A DNA stretch of 32,000 bases from Bordetella parapertussis. Lineage in GTDB: Bacteria; Pseudomonadota; Gammaproteobacteria; Burkholderiales; SG8-39. Each line of letters opens with the position of its first letter. Positions within the stretch are counted from its first letter, which is position 1. Below the pieces are notes generated by a model, which saw only the letters and a list, made by a program, of their open reading frames with translations, did not search any database and had not been told where the DNA came from. This document shows positions 14,376 through 23,282 of this stretch, piece after piece. Both the position numbers and the translations under genes were made by a program. The stretch covers positions 16,344 through 48,343 of the forward strand of contig CAMAXP010000033.1 in NCBI GenBank assembly GCA_945862265.1. The letters are read 5' to 3'.

Positions 14376-15383
14376 TCACTTCTTCTTCGCGCGGGCAGCC
14401 TCTTCCGCAGCACGTTCCTTGTCGAATCCGGTGCGGTTGTAAGGCGTCCCGGAATCCTCGGCGACCTTGCGCACCAACGCCCAGTCGTCCTTGTAGCTGA
14501 CCGGCAGGAACCGGTCGTCGCCCAGGAACTCTTTCTTCATTTCCGGGCTGAATCGATAGTCGAAGAAGCACTTGCGCACCCGCTCGGCGAGTTGCGGTTC
14601 CAGGTCGTGCGAGTGCGCGAAGGCCGAGGTCGGGAAGTGCCTGCTCTTGTAGATGATCCGCAGGTCGCCATCCTTGATGATGCCGCGGTTGATGAAGCGG
14701 TCGTAGATGTCGGAGGTGATCGGCGCGGCGTCGTAGTCGCCGTTGACCACGCCCATCAGCGACTGGTCGTGCTTGCCCGAATACAGCACCTTGTAGTCCT
14801 TGTCCGGCACCAGGCCCTCTGCCGGGAAGAGCGCGCGGGGCGCGAGGTTGCCGGAATTCGAGGAAGGCGCGGTGTGCGCCACCTTCTTGCCCTTGAGGTC
14901 GGCCAGCTTGTGAAACGGGCTGTCCTTCTTCACGATCACTACCTGGGTGTAAGTACGCGGTCCGGACTGGTCGCCCTTGATCGCGAACGGCACCGCCCCG
15001 GCGAGGTTCACCGCAAAGCCCACCTGCCCGCTGGCGAGGCCCGTCACGTGCAACCTCCCGGCGCGCATGGCTTCGATCTGGGCGGCGTTCGACTGCACCG
15101 TGAAGTACACGACTTTCTTGCCGGTGCAGCCGGCGAGGTGGTCCTGGAAGGGCTTGAACAGGTTCTGGTAGACCGCCGGATCCTCGATCGGGGTGTAGGC
15201 AAACACGAGGGTGGACGGGTTCTTCAGCCGCTTCACGTCCTTTGGGACGTCGGCGACGAGGTCCTTGTTTTCGTCGCAGTAGCTCGCGTCGAGTTCGCCG
15301 CGGGCCTTGCAGTCCTCCTGCGCGTGCGCGCCCGGGACAAATAGCAATATGGACGCCACCAGCGCGGTCCGGATCGGATCCAT
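14376..15383 (-). CDS. PhnD-family periplasmic substrate-binding protein, paralogue 3 (first gene of the operon)
   Basis: Signal peptide MDPIRTALVASILLFVPGAHA and block [14 protein letters not shown]. It is collinear with paralogues 1 and 2 over its full length. Confidence 0.85.
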   Translation of the reverse strand: MDPIRTALVASILLFVPGAHAQEDCKARGELDASYCDENKDLVADVPKDVKRLKNPSTLVFAYTPIEDPAVYQNLFKPFQDHLAGCTGKKVVYFTVQSNAAQIEAMRAGRLHVTGLASGQVGFAVNLAGAVPFAIKGDQSGPRTYTQVVIVKKDSPFHKLADLKGKKVAHTAPSSNSGNLAPRALFPAEGLVPDKDYKVLYSGKHDQSLMGVVNGDYDAAPITSDIYDRFINRGIIKDGDLRIIYKSRHFPTSAFAHSHDLEPQLAERVRKCFFDYRFSPEMKKEFLGDDRFLPVSYKDDWALVRKVAEDSGTPYNRTGFDKERAAEEAARAKKK

Positions 15384-15403
15384 GTCTTCCCCGAGGAATT
15401 GTT

Positions 15404-15460
15404 ACAGGCTTGTGGCAGTCAGTTTACCGGCAGGGGCCGGGGCCCAGCAAGCCTGTTTTC
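15404..15460. promoter_or_regulatory. Two-tier hairpin in the phnD/glmU divergent intergenic region
   Basis: Perfect 9-bp inverted repeat ACAGGCTTG (15404-15412) / CAAGCCTGT (15448-15456) followed by TTTT. An inner stem CCGGC (15427-15431) / GCCGG (15436-15440) lies within it. On the minus strand the structure falls in the 5' leader of the phn-type operon. Confidence 0.3.
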
Positions 15461-15531
15461 CGGCAATCTTTCAAAGGGTTCTGGCGGTTCCTGCAAGCAT
15501 TGCACGGAAGGGCGGATGTTAGAATCGCGGC

Positions 15532-16896
15532 ATGAAACTGAATGTCATCGTGCTGGCCGCGGGCCAGGGCAAGCGCATGCATTCGGACCTGCCCAAGGTC
15601 CTGCATCCGCTGGCCGGGCGGTCGCTGCTCGGCAGGGTCATTGACACCGCGCGCTCGCTTGCGGCCGCGAAGATCGTCGTCGTCTACGGTCATGGGGGAG
15701 CGCTGGTGCGCGAGGCCTTTGCGGGCGACACCGATATCGCGTGGGCCGAGCAGAAGGCGCAGCTGGGCACGGGGCACGCCGTGATGCAGGCGTTGCCGCT
15801 GGTCGATCCCGATGCCCATGTCCTCGTGCTCTATGGCGATGTGCCGCTGATTCGTGCCGACTCGTTGCGTGCCCTGGTCGAGGCTTCGCAGGGCGGCCTC
15901 GGCGTGATGACGGCCGTGGTGCCGGACGCGACCGGCTACGGCCGCATCGTCCGCGACGCCGGGGGCCGCATGCTGCGCATCGTCGAGCACAAGGACGCGA
16001 CCGAGGCGGAGCGCGCGATCCGCGAGTGGAATACCGGCTTCCTCGCCACCAGTACGGCGCGACTGTCGGGGTGGCTTTCGCGCGTGAAGAACGAGAACGC
16101 GCAGAAGGAGTACTACCTCACCGACGTGATCGCCCTCGCGGTGGCCGACGGCATCGCCGTGCAGACCACCCAGCCCGCGCAGGTCTGGGAAGTCGAAGGC
16201 GTGAATTCCAAGCGCCAGCTGGCCGAACTTGAGCGCGTGCACCAGCGCGAAGTCGCCAACACCTTGCTGGAGCAGGGCGTGACCCTGGCGGACCCGGCGC
16301 GCTTCGATGTGCGCGGCACGCTCGCCTGCGGCCGGGACGTGGCAATCGATGTGAACTGCGTTTTCGAAGGGTTGGTGAAACTGGGCGACCGCGTGCGGAT
16401 CGGCCCGAATTGCGTGCTGAAGAATGTCACGATCGATGTCGATACCCAGGTCAACGCGTTTTCGCTGCTCGAGGATGCCACCGTCGGCGCCGACTGCCGC
16501 ATCGGCCCCTATGCGCGCCTGCGCCCCGGCGCCGCGCTGTCCGACGAGGTGCATATCGGCAACTTCGTCGAGGTCAAGAACAGCAGGATCGGCAAGGGGT
16601 CGAAATCGAACCACCTCGCCTATGTGGGCGACAGTGACGTGGGCAGCAAGGTCAATATCGGCGCCGGCACCATCACCTGCAATTACGACGGCGTGAACAA
16701 GCACCGCACGGTGATCGGGGACGGCGTGTTCGTCGGATCCAATGCCACGCTGGTGGCGCCGGTCACGATCGCCGAGGGCTCCTACATCGGCGCCGGATCC
16801 ACCATCAGCAAGGACACGCCGCCCGGGCAGCTCACGCTCGCGCGCGCAAAGCAGATCTCCATTCCGGCCTGGAAGCCGCCAAAGAAGAAGGGGTAA
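15532..16896 (+). CDS. glmU: Bifunctional UDP-N-acetylglucosamine pyrophosphorylase / glucosamine-1-phosphate N-acetyltransferase
   Basis: 454 aa. [16 protein letters not shown] nucleotidyltransferase N-terminus and a C-terminal left-handed beta-helix with hexapeptide repeats ([46 protein letters not shown]). Confidence 0.97.
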   Translation: MKLNVIVLAAGQGKRMHSDLPKVLHPLAGRSLLGRVIDTARSLAAAKIVVVYGHGGALVREAFAGDTDIAWAEQKAQLGTGHAVMQALPLVDPDAHVLVLYGDVPLIRADSLRALVEASQGGLGVMTAVVPDATGYGRIVRDAGGRMLRIVEHKDATEAERAIREWNTGFLATSTARLSGWLSRVKNENAQKEYYLTDVIALAVADGIAVQTTQPAQVWEVEGVNSKRQLAELERVHQREVANTLLEQGVTLADPARFDVRGTLACGRDVAIDVNCVFEGLVKLGDRVRIGPNCVLKNVTIDVDTQVNAFSLLEDATVGADCRIGPYARLRPGAALSDEVHIGNFVEVKNSRIGKGSKSNHLAYVGDSDVGSKVNIGAGTITCNYDGVNKHRTVIGDGVFVGSNATLVAPVTIAEGSYIGAGSTISKDTPPGQLTLARAKQISIPAWKPPKKKG

Positions 16897-16900
16897 GACC

Positions 16901-18727
<1,827 letters not shown>

Positions 18728-18798
18728 GTCTGCTAGTCAGTAATTTTGACTCTGCAACAGCACTTCACTGCACTTTTAGGCTGACCACTAAGGCGCTG

Positions 18799-19041
18799 TT
18801 GGTCAGTCGATACAGCGCGTATCAGCAGCAGCTACTAAAGCGAGTTACTGAGCTAAGGCTTGGTCGTGGACTATCGTTTCTGAGAATTGCGAAGACGCTT
18901 AGGGAAGAAGGCGTTCTGTCGAGCAAGGGGTTGGTGCTGTCAGCGCAGCACGTTTACTCGATATTCAAGAAGGGAACGTCGAGAAAGCGTAGATTGGCTA
19001 CAAAGGCGAAGGCGAGACTTGTGCAGCTAGATGTACGATAA
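18799..19041 (+). CDS. Small ORF resembling the HTH part of a serine-recombinase 'recombinase' domain; possibly a 5'-truncated remnant
   Basis: LLKRVTELRLGRGLSFLRIAKTLREEGVLSSKGLVLSAQHVYSIFKKG has the same residue pattern as WVKRIFKEIIKKTSIANIKQLLEANGVLPRRKGLWSLGSINALISN in the 30330 recombinase. Only a TTG start is available, and the frame stays open upstream across the glmS junction. Confidence 0.3.
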   Translation: MVSRYSAYQQQLLKRVTELRLGRGLSFLRIAKTLREEGVLSSKGLVLSAQHVYSIFKKGTSRKRRLATKAKARLVQLDVR

Positions 19042-19127
19042 GGCATTGACACTCAGACGCTAGCTAGAAATGCGCAAACTTGCGTATTGAAAAACACGCG
19101 TCCGCTTAACAACGCAGTGGAGAAATA

Positions 19128-20033
19128 ATGGCAAAAAAATCGAAGTCTGAAAATGATCTCGCTTCCACTGACGATGCGTCTAAAGATGTACCAAGCTACG
19201 ACGAACTAATCTTTCCCACGATCAAGGCACTAAACGCTTTAGGTGGGTCTGGAACGATCGAAGAAATCGTTAATAAAGTGATCGGACTAGAAAACATATC
19301 CCAAACTGCTGCAACTGCAATGCACTTGAATCACAGCATGACTGCACTTGAATATCGATTGGCTTGGGCGCGTACATATCTAAAGCGCGTGGGCGCAGTA
19401 GACAACAGCACGCGTGGAATTTGGACAGTTACGGAAGTAGGAAAGAACTACACGCAAGATGATTGCGCCAAAGTTCCTGGCGAAGTAAGAAAGCAAGACA
19501 AACTCGCTCGCGAAGCAAAGAATGCAACTAAAAGCGAAAACGATAGTGAAGCAGATGAAAACGGCAACGGAGTTCTAGATTGGAAAGAAGAACTACTCAG
19601 CGCCCTTCGCAAAATAACTCCTGATGCATTCGAGCGTCTATCTCAGAGATTGTTACGTGAAGCGGGATTTACGAAAGTTGAGGTCAAAGGAAAGAGCGGT
19701 GATGGTGGAATCGATGGAATTGGAATCCTTCGCGTAAATCTTGTTTCGTTCACGATTCTTTTTCAATGCAAACGATATAAAGGCAGCGTTTCCGCTGGAG
19801 CAGTGCGCGACTTTCGTGGCGCAATGCAAGGACGTTGCGACAAAGGATTAATCGTAACAACTGGAACGTTTACTGCTGACGCAAAGAACGAGGCAACGCG
19901 CGATGGTGCACCAGCCATTGATCTAATTGATGGCGAAAGCTTATGCGATCTGTTGAAGCAATTGCGACTAGGGGTAGAAGTAAAAGCAGTGGAGTCAGTG
20001 ATAATCAATTCAAAGTGGTTTGAGTCGATATAG
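19128..20033 (+). CDS. mrr: Mrr-family (type IV, modification-dependent) restriction endonuclease
   Basis: 301 aa. N-terminal Mrr winged-helix block (PSYDELIFPTIKALNALGGSGTIEEIVNKV) and a C-terminal Mrr catalytic core (FERLSQRLLREAGF...GKSGDGGIDGIG...LFQCKRYKGSVSAGAVRDFRGAM...GLIVTTGTFTADA). SD GGAGA lies upstream. Confidence 0.85.
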   Translation: MAKKSKSENDLASTDDASKDVPSYDELIFPTIKALNALGGSGTIEEIVNKVIGLENISQTAATAMHLNHSMTALEYRLAWARTYLKRVGAVDNSTRGIWTVTEVGKNYTQDDCAKVPGEVRKQDKLAREAKNATKSENDSEADENGNGVLDWKEELLSALRKITPDAFERLSQRLLREAGFTKVEVKGKSGDGGIDGIGILRVNLVSFTILFQCKRYKGSVSAGAVRDFRGAMQGRCDKGLIVTTGTFTADAKNEATRDGAPAIDLIDGESLCDLLKQLRLGVEVKAVESVIINSKWFESI

Positions 20034-20160
20034 CGTCGATATGCTTGAACGCTTTTATCTGAGCCATCTGCAAGGCGAGATGAACGTAGTGGCGCTGCAA
20101 TCGCAGAAGCACAAGAAGAAGACGAGTGCAAAAAATAAGGAAAAGAAAGTAGCGAGAAGC

Positions 20161-20196
20161 AAAAAAGAGAGAGCGCCTACGTAGCACTCTCTCTCA
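20161..20196 (-). terminator. Rho-independent terminator for the minus-strand AAA+ operon
   Basis: The minus strand reads GAGAGAGTGC-tacgtag-GCGCTCTCTC followed by TTTTTT (9 of 10 stem pairs). Confidence 0.65.
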
Positions 20197-20198
20197 CT

Positions 20199-20219
20199 TG
20201 TCGTTCAAAACGACATTCT
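20199..20219. repeat. Palindromic repeat copy 1 (TGTCG-TTCAAAA-CGACATTCT)
   Basis: It shares the core TGTCGTTCAAAACGACAT with the copies at 22611 and 22645. It lies 3 nt past the AAA+ gene stop. The stem here is shorter (7 bp). Confidence 0.8.
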
Positions 20220-20222
20220 CGA

Positions 20223-20873
20223 TCAAGCAGTTTTCGCAAACGACTCAGCGCGCACTCGCTTCGCCATATCTCTATAACTGCCATTCGATCTCCTAGCTAG
20301 CGCGATAAGCTCATTGTCTGTTGCGTTAGTCCAAGATGAATCGTTAGCCACGCCACGCACATAAGAAAGACACGCTGCCAATGGTGGTGCGTTCATTTCA
20401 AGCACATGAGAGCGATCTTTAATCGCGTCGTTTACCTCAGTAATGAAGTTCGTGGTTAACACAAAACACACGTAATTTTTGTTCATCGCTGATTGAAGAG
20501 AACGTTGTGCACTCTTAGAGAGATTGTTAACTTCATCAAGCACGACAAAGCTAAGCCCACTCGGACTGAATGGCGAGTTCAACGCTAGCTTTTGGACCAG
20601 AGCGACTTGCGCTTCGCCTTCCTTGCCTTGCTTGCATGGGAACACGCTCTTAAACGAGCCACCACCACCATAAGCTTGATCAATAAGCTCGGGCAATAGC
20701 GTCGCAAGCGTCGTCTTGCCCGTGCCATATGAGCCATATAGCAAAATTCCAGTCGTTCCACTTTCTGGAAATGGCATCGTACGATTGACAATCGCGTTAA
20801 GAATCTTCGCAGTCTTAGAGCTACTGAATGAAAAGTCATTAAGACTTGTAGGAGTAAAAGTAATTTGAGACAT
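20223..20873 (-). CDS. Truncated RFC/clamp-loader-like AAA+ ATPase (216 aa)
   Basis: Walker A GILLYGSYGTGKTTLA, Walker B FVVLDEVNNL, an RFC-box-like SKSAQRSLQSAMNK, and sensor-1 / SRC-like CFVLTTNFITEVNDAIKDRSHVLEM. There is no C-terminal collar domain. SD AAGGAA lies upstream. Confidence 0.75.
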   Translation of the reverse strand: MSQITFTPTSLNDFSFSSSKTAKILNAIVNRTMPFPESGTTGILLYGSYGTGKTTLATLLPELIDQAYGGGGSFKSVFPCKQGKEGEAQVALVQKLALNSPFSPSGLSFVVLDEVNNLSKSAQRSLQSAMNKNYVCFVLTTNFITEVNDAIKDRSHVLEMNAPPLAACLSYVRGVANDSSWTNATDNELIALARRSNGSYRDMAKRVRAESFAKTA

Positions 20874-20933
20874 ATAAATTCCTTGATTGAAGTAGCGTGA
20901 TACAGCGTGAGCTGTACCACGTGTAGCTTTTAA

Positions 20934-21734
20934 TTAAGCAGACGCAGCAGCAGAATTGCCGAGCGACGATTCGTTGTGATAAGCGATTAGCGCAGCCTTG
21001 ATCGCAGTCTTGTTCTTGACGACGCCATGAATTTCGAATTCGCCACTAGCGCGCATTACAAGAATCGCGAGCAACGCTTGATCGTAGTCAGTGACATCAA
21101 TGCGTTTTGAAACTTCTTCATCGCGAATAGATGTCAACGCAACTGCTGTCTGAATCGCAGTGCGAGCGCGTTCAGCACGATCAACAGGAGATAGCGAATT
21201 TGGCGTTTTGGAACGACGGAGTTCTTGCACGCCACCATGCTTTTCAATGAATGCTGCGAGATCATCGACAGCAATCTTCTTGTCGAGAGCGCAACGCAGA
21301 GCCAAGCTGTAAGTGCTGATGCGACTTCGATCAATGCTCTGCGTGTCATCGAAGAAGACGCACTTGACGACCTTGACGATGCCATGAGTGCCACTCTTGC
21401 ACTTGATTGCGTTTGTCTCGCAGAACGTCTTGAGTTCAGCGCGAAGAGCCTTAGCTGAGTCATTGCTCTGACCCATTGCGTGATAGAACGCATAGCACTG
21501 CGAGAGAATTCCATATAGCTGCTGATTGCTCGTGCGATACGCGTTAGTCTCCCAATGCTTACGCTCTTGAACGATAGTGCTGAGCTTAACTGCTGCCCCA
21601 ACAGCCTCTGTGAGCGACGCATGACCTTCTAGGTCGTAAGTGAGCTTCACTGAGACGTTGGTGGGGACAGTCACGCTAGGAATATTCTCTTGAGCGACTG
21701 CGTTGCTAACTGCTTCTTTAATTGCGACTTTCAT
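20934..21734 (-). CDS. Hypothetical protein (266 aa, apparently helical), first gene of the AAA+ operon
   Basis: Clean ORF with SD AAAGGAAA and coding-like composition. I recognise no family motif. Confidence 0.6.
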   Translation of the reverse strand: MKVAIKEAVSNAVAQENIPSVTVPTNVSVKLTYDLEGHASLTEAVGAAVKLSTIVQERKHWETNAYRTSNQQLYGILSQCYAFYHAMGQSNDSAKALRAELKTFCETNAIKCKSGTHGIVKVVKCVFFDDTQSIDRSRISTYSLALRCALDKKIAVDDLAAFIEKHGGVQELRRSKTPNSLSPVDRAERARTAIQTAVALTSIRDEEVSKRIDVTDYDQALLAILVMRASGEFEIHGVVKNKTAIKAALIAYHNESSLGNSAAASA

Positions 21735-21825
21735 GGTATTTCCTTTCTAAATGTGTCTGATGCGGTATTGATCAGATCACATGTACATTCTATAGACGTA
21801 TGACTGTATTTCCCATTTCCATCTA

Positions 21826-22602
21826 ATGGAGACTATTAAGGTGATAAGAAAAATAGAACAAAAAAGGGCTAGAAAATTCAAAGGAGTCACCCCACGCTTT
21901 GGAATGAAGAAGAACCCACGCCCTCTCAAAGATCAGCAAGTCAGTCCCTACTATTGGTGGTGGGCGTATCTGAAGAGAAGCAAGCAATACATCGCGTGCT
22001 GTAAGCGTGGTGGGAGGGGAAAGCTCGAAAAGCTTTACGCTGACTTTGGAGATGTCAGAGGCGATGACTTCAAAGCGTGGTGGACTGAAGGAGAGCGAGG
22101 TCGCGAGCTATTCGCTGAGCAGCAGTCAGTTCATGGCGTGATCGAGCTGAAGAGCAAAGACGAATGGCTAGATGAGTGGCGTAGCGATTCGACGTTGATC
22201 GTCGCCATACCCCTAGAATGGAGCAAGCGCTACTTGCAGAAACGACTGCTCGCGTTGCTAAGAAAGAGACACACGAGAGGACCAGGTCGTCTCGCGCTGA
22301 AGGGACGAGAGACAAGCGATGCGCGATACCCTCTAGCGCGAAACTTCAATGTGAACAGTCTGAAGACCGATCTTGCTGTGTACGACGCTATAGAAGCGAG
22401 CAAGAAGGCTGACGAAAAGAAGACGTACTACGAAATGGGAGTTGAGCTAAAGCTTGTTCGTACTGCACTGCCCACAGCACTAGATATCAAAATGAAGAAG
22501 CGTGATGCAGATAAAGCAAACTCGATGACTGTGGCAGTCAGCAGATCGTATACGAGGGCAAAGACAGTAGTCGAGAACGTGGGGAAGGGCGTTTTCCCCT
22601 AG
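21826..22602 (+). CDS. Hypothetical basic Trp-rich protein (258 aa), divergent from the AAA+ operon
   Basis: Distinctive N-terminal block SPYYWWWAYLKRSKQYIACCKRGGRGKLEKLYADFGDVRGDDFKAWW, and the protein ends in GKGVFP. No SD is obvious, so the start is uncertain (a GTG at 21841 is an alternative). Confidence 0.55.
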   Translation: METIKVIRKIEQKRARKFKGVTPRFGMKKNPRPLKDQQVSPYYWWWAYLKRSKQYIACCKRGGRGKLEKLYADFGDVRGDDFKAWWTEGERGRELFAEQQSVHGVIELKSKDEWLDEWRSDSTLIVAIPLEWSKRYLQKRLLALLRKRHTRGPGRLALKGRETSDARYPLARNFNVNSLKTDLAVYDAIEASKKADEKKTYYEMGVELKLVRTALPTALDIKMKKRDADKANSMTVAVSRSYTRAKTVVENVGKGVFP

Positions 22603-22610
22603 ATCCGCTC

Positions 22611-22635
22611 AAGATGTCGTTCAAAACGACATCTT
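22611..22635. repeat. Palindromic repeat copy 2 (AAGATGTCGTT-CAA-AACGACATCTT)
   Basis: Perfect 11-bp arms. The outer arm bases differ from copy 3 by compensatory changes on both sides. Confidence 0.8.
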
Positions 22636-22644
22636 TGGAGGGCG

Positions 22645-22669
22645 AGAATGTCGTTCAAAACGACATTCT
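22645..22669. repeat. Palindromic repeat copy 3 (AGAATGTCGTT-CAA-AACGACATTCT)
   Basis: Perfect 11-bp arms. It lies 9 nt from copy 2 and 13 nt from the 3' end of the tyrosine recombinase gene. Confidence 0.8.
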
Positions 22670-22682
22670 GAGGTGACGTGGA

Positions 22683-23282
22683 CTAGATCATCTCGACTGT
22701 GGTGCGCAGCATTGCAGGATTGAGATCGATGTATCGCTGAGTTGTAGCCAAATTTTTGTGCCCTGCCAATTCCATTAGCACGCGCACATTCGCGCCTTTG
22801 CTCGCAAGCAATGTGATAAAACTGCGGCGCCCACTGTGCGAGCTAGCTCCTACGATTCCAGCCCTCTTGTAGATGTAGTGCATAAGCTGTGCTGCTGTAT
22901 TTGGCGTAAAGCCACGATCTGGATGCTTCTGAGTACAGAAAAGCGCCCTAGTTGTGTCAGTCATAGTGACTGCTTTCAAATCCTTCAGCTTGAAGCGCGC
23001 TGACAGATACGCATGAAGCTCTTCTTGCAAGCGCTTCGGCAGAAGAACAGTCCGAGCACGATCACCTTTCGTCTGACTTGCAGAAAGTCTGATTTCGTCA
23101 AGAATCGACCCATCTGAATTCAGTACATCGCACAGACGCAGCGATGCGACCTCTCCAATTCGCATTCCTGCGAGATGTGTGGACAGAAACATCGCTTTGT
23201 TACGCGCACCGTGTTTGTGAGCAGCCATGTAGAGCAGAACACGACGCACCTCTTTCTCGTTCAGAACCTTCGCTTGTGACAT
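22683..23282 (-). CDS. Minimal tyrosine recombinase (catalytic domain only, FimB/FimE-sized)
   Basis: 199 aa. Catalytic pattern is R in LAGMRIGE, H-x-x-R in HSGRRSF, and GHKNLATTQRY with the terminal Tyr. There is no N-terminal core-binding domain. SD AGGAGA lies upstream. Confidence 0.85.
   Translation of the reverse strand: MSQAKVLNEKEVRRVLLYMAAHKHGARNKAMFLSTHLAGMRIGEVASLRLCDVLNSDGSILDEIRLSASQTKGDRARTVLLPKRLQEELHAYLSARFKLKDLKAVTMTDTTRALFCTQKHPDRGFTPNTAAQLMHYIYKRAGIVGASSHSGRRSFITLLASKGANVRVLMELAGHKNLATTQRYIDLNPAMLRTTVEMI

Noticed and set aside
20041-20184. 47-codon highly basic ORF (MLERFYLSHLQGEMNVVALQSQKHKKKTSAKNKEKKVARSKKERAPT) just after mrr.
   Set aside because: It has no SD. Its 3' half is the A-rich flank and left arm of the minus-strand terminator hairpin, and the Lys-rich composition is simply the A-rich sequence read in frame.
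20934-21734. The idea that the 266-aa partner of the clamp-loader-like ATPase is a sliding-clamp (PCNA/beta/gp45-like) protein because of its size.
   Set aside because: The sequence looks rich in helix-forming residues (long Ala/Leu/Lys/Glu stretches) rather than showing the repeated beta-alpha-beta pattern of clamps. Without a structure prediction this remains unsupported, so it is called hypothetical.
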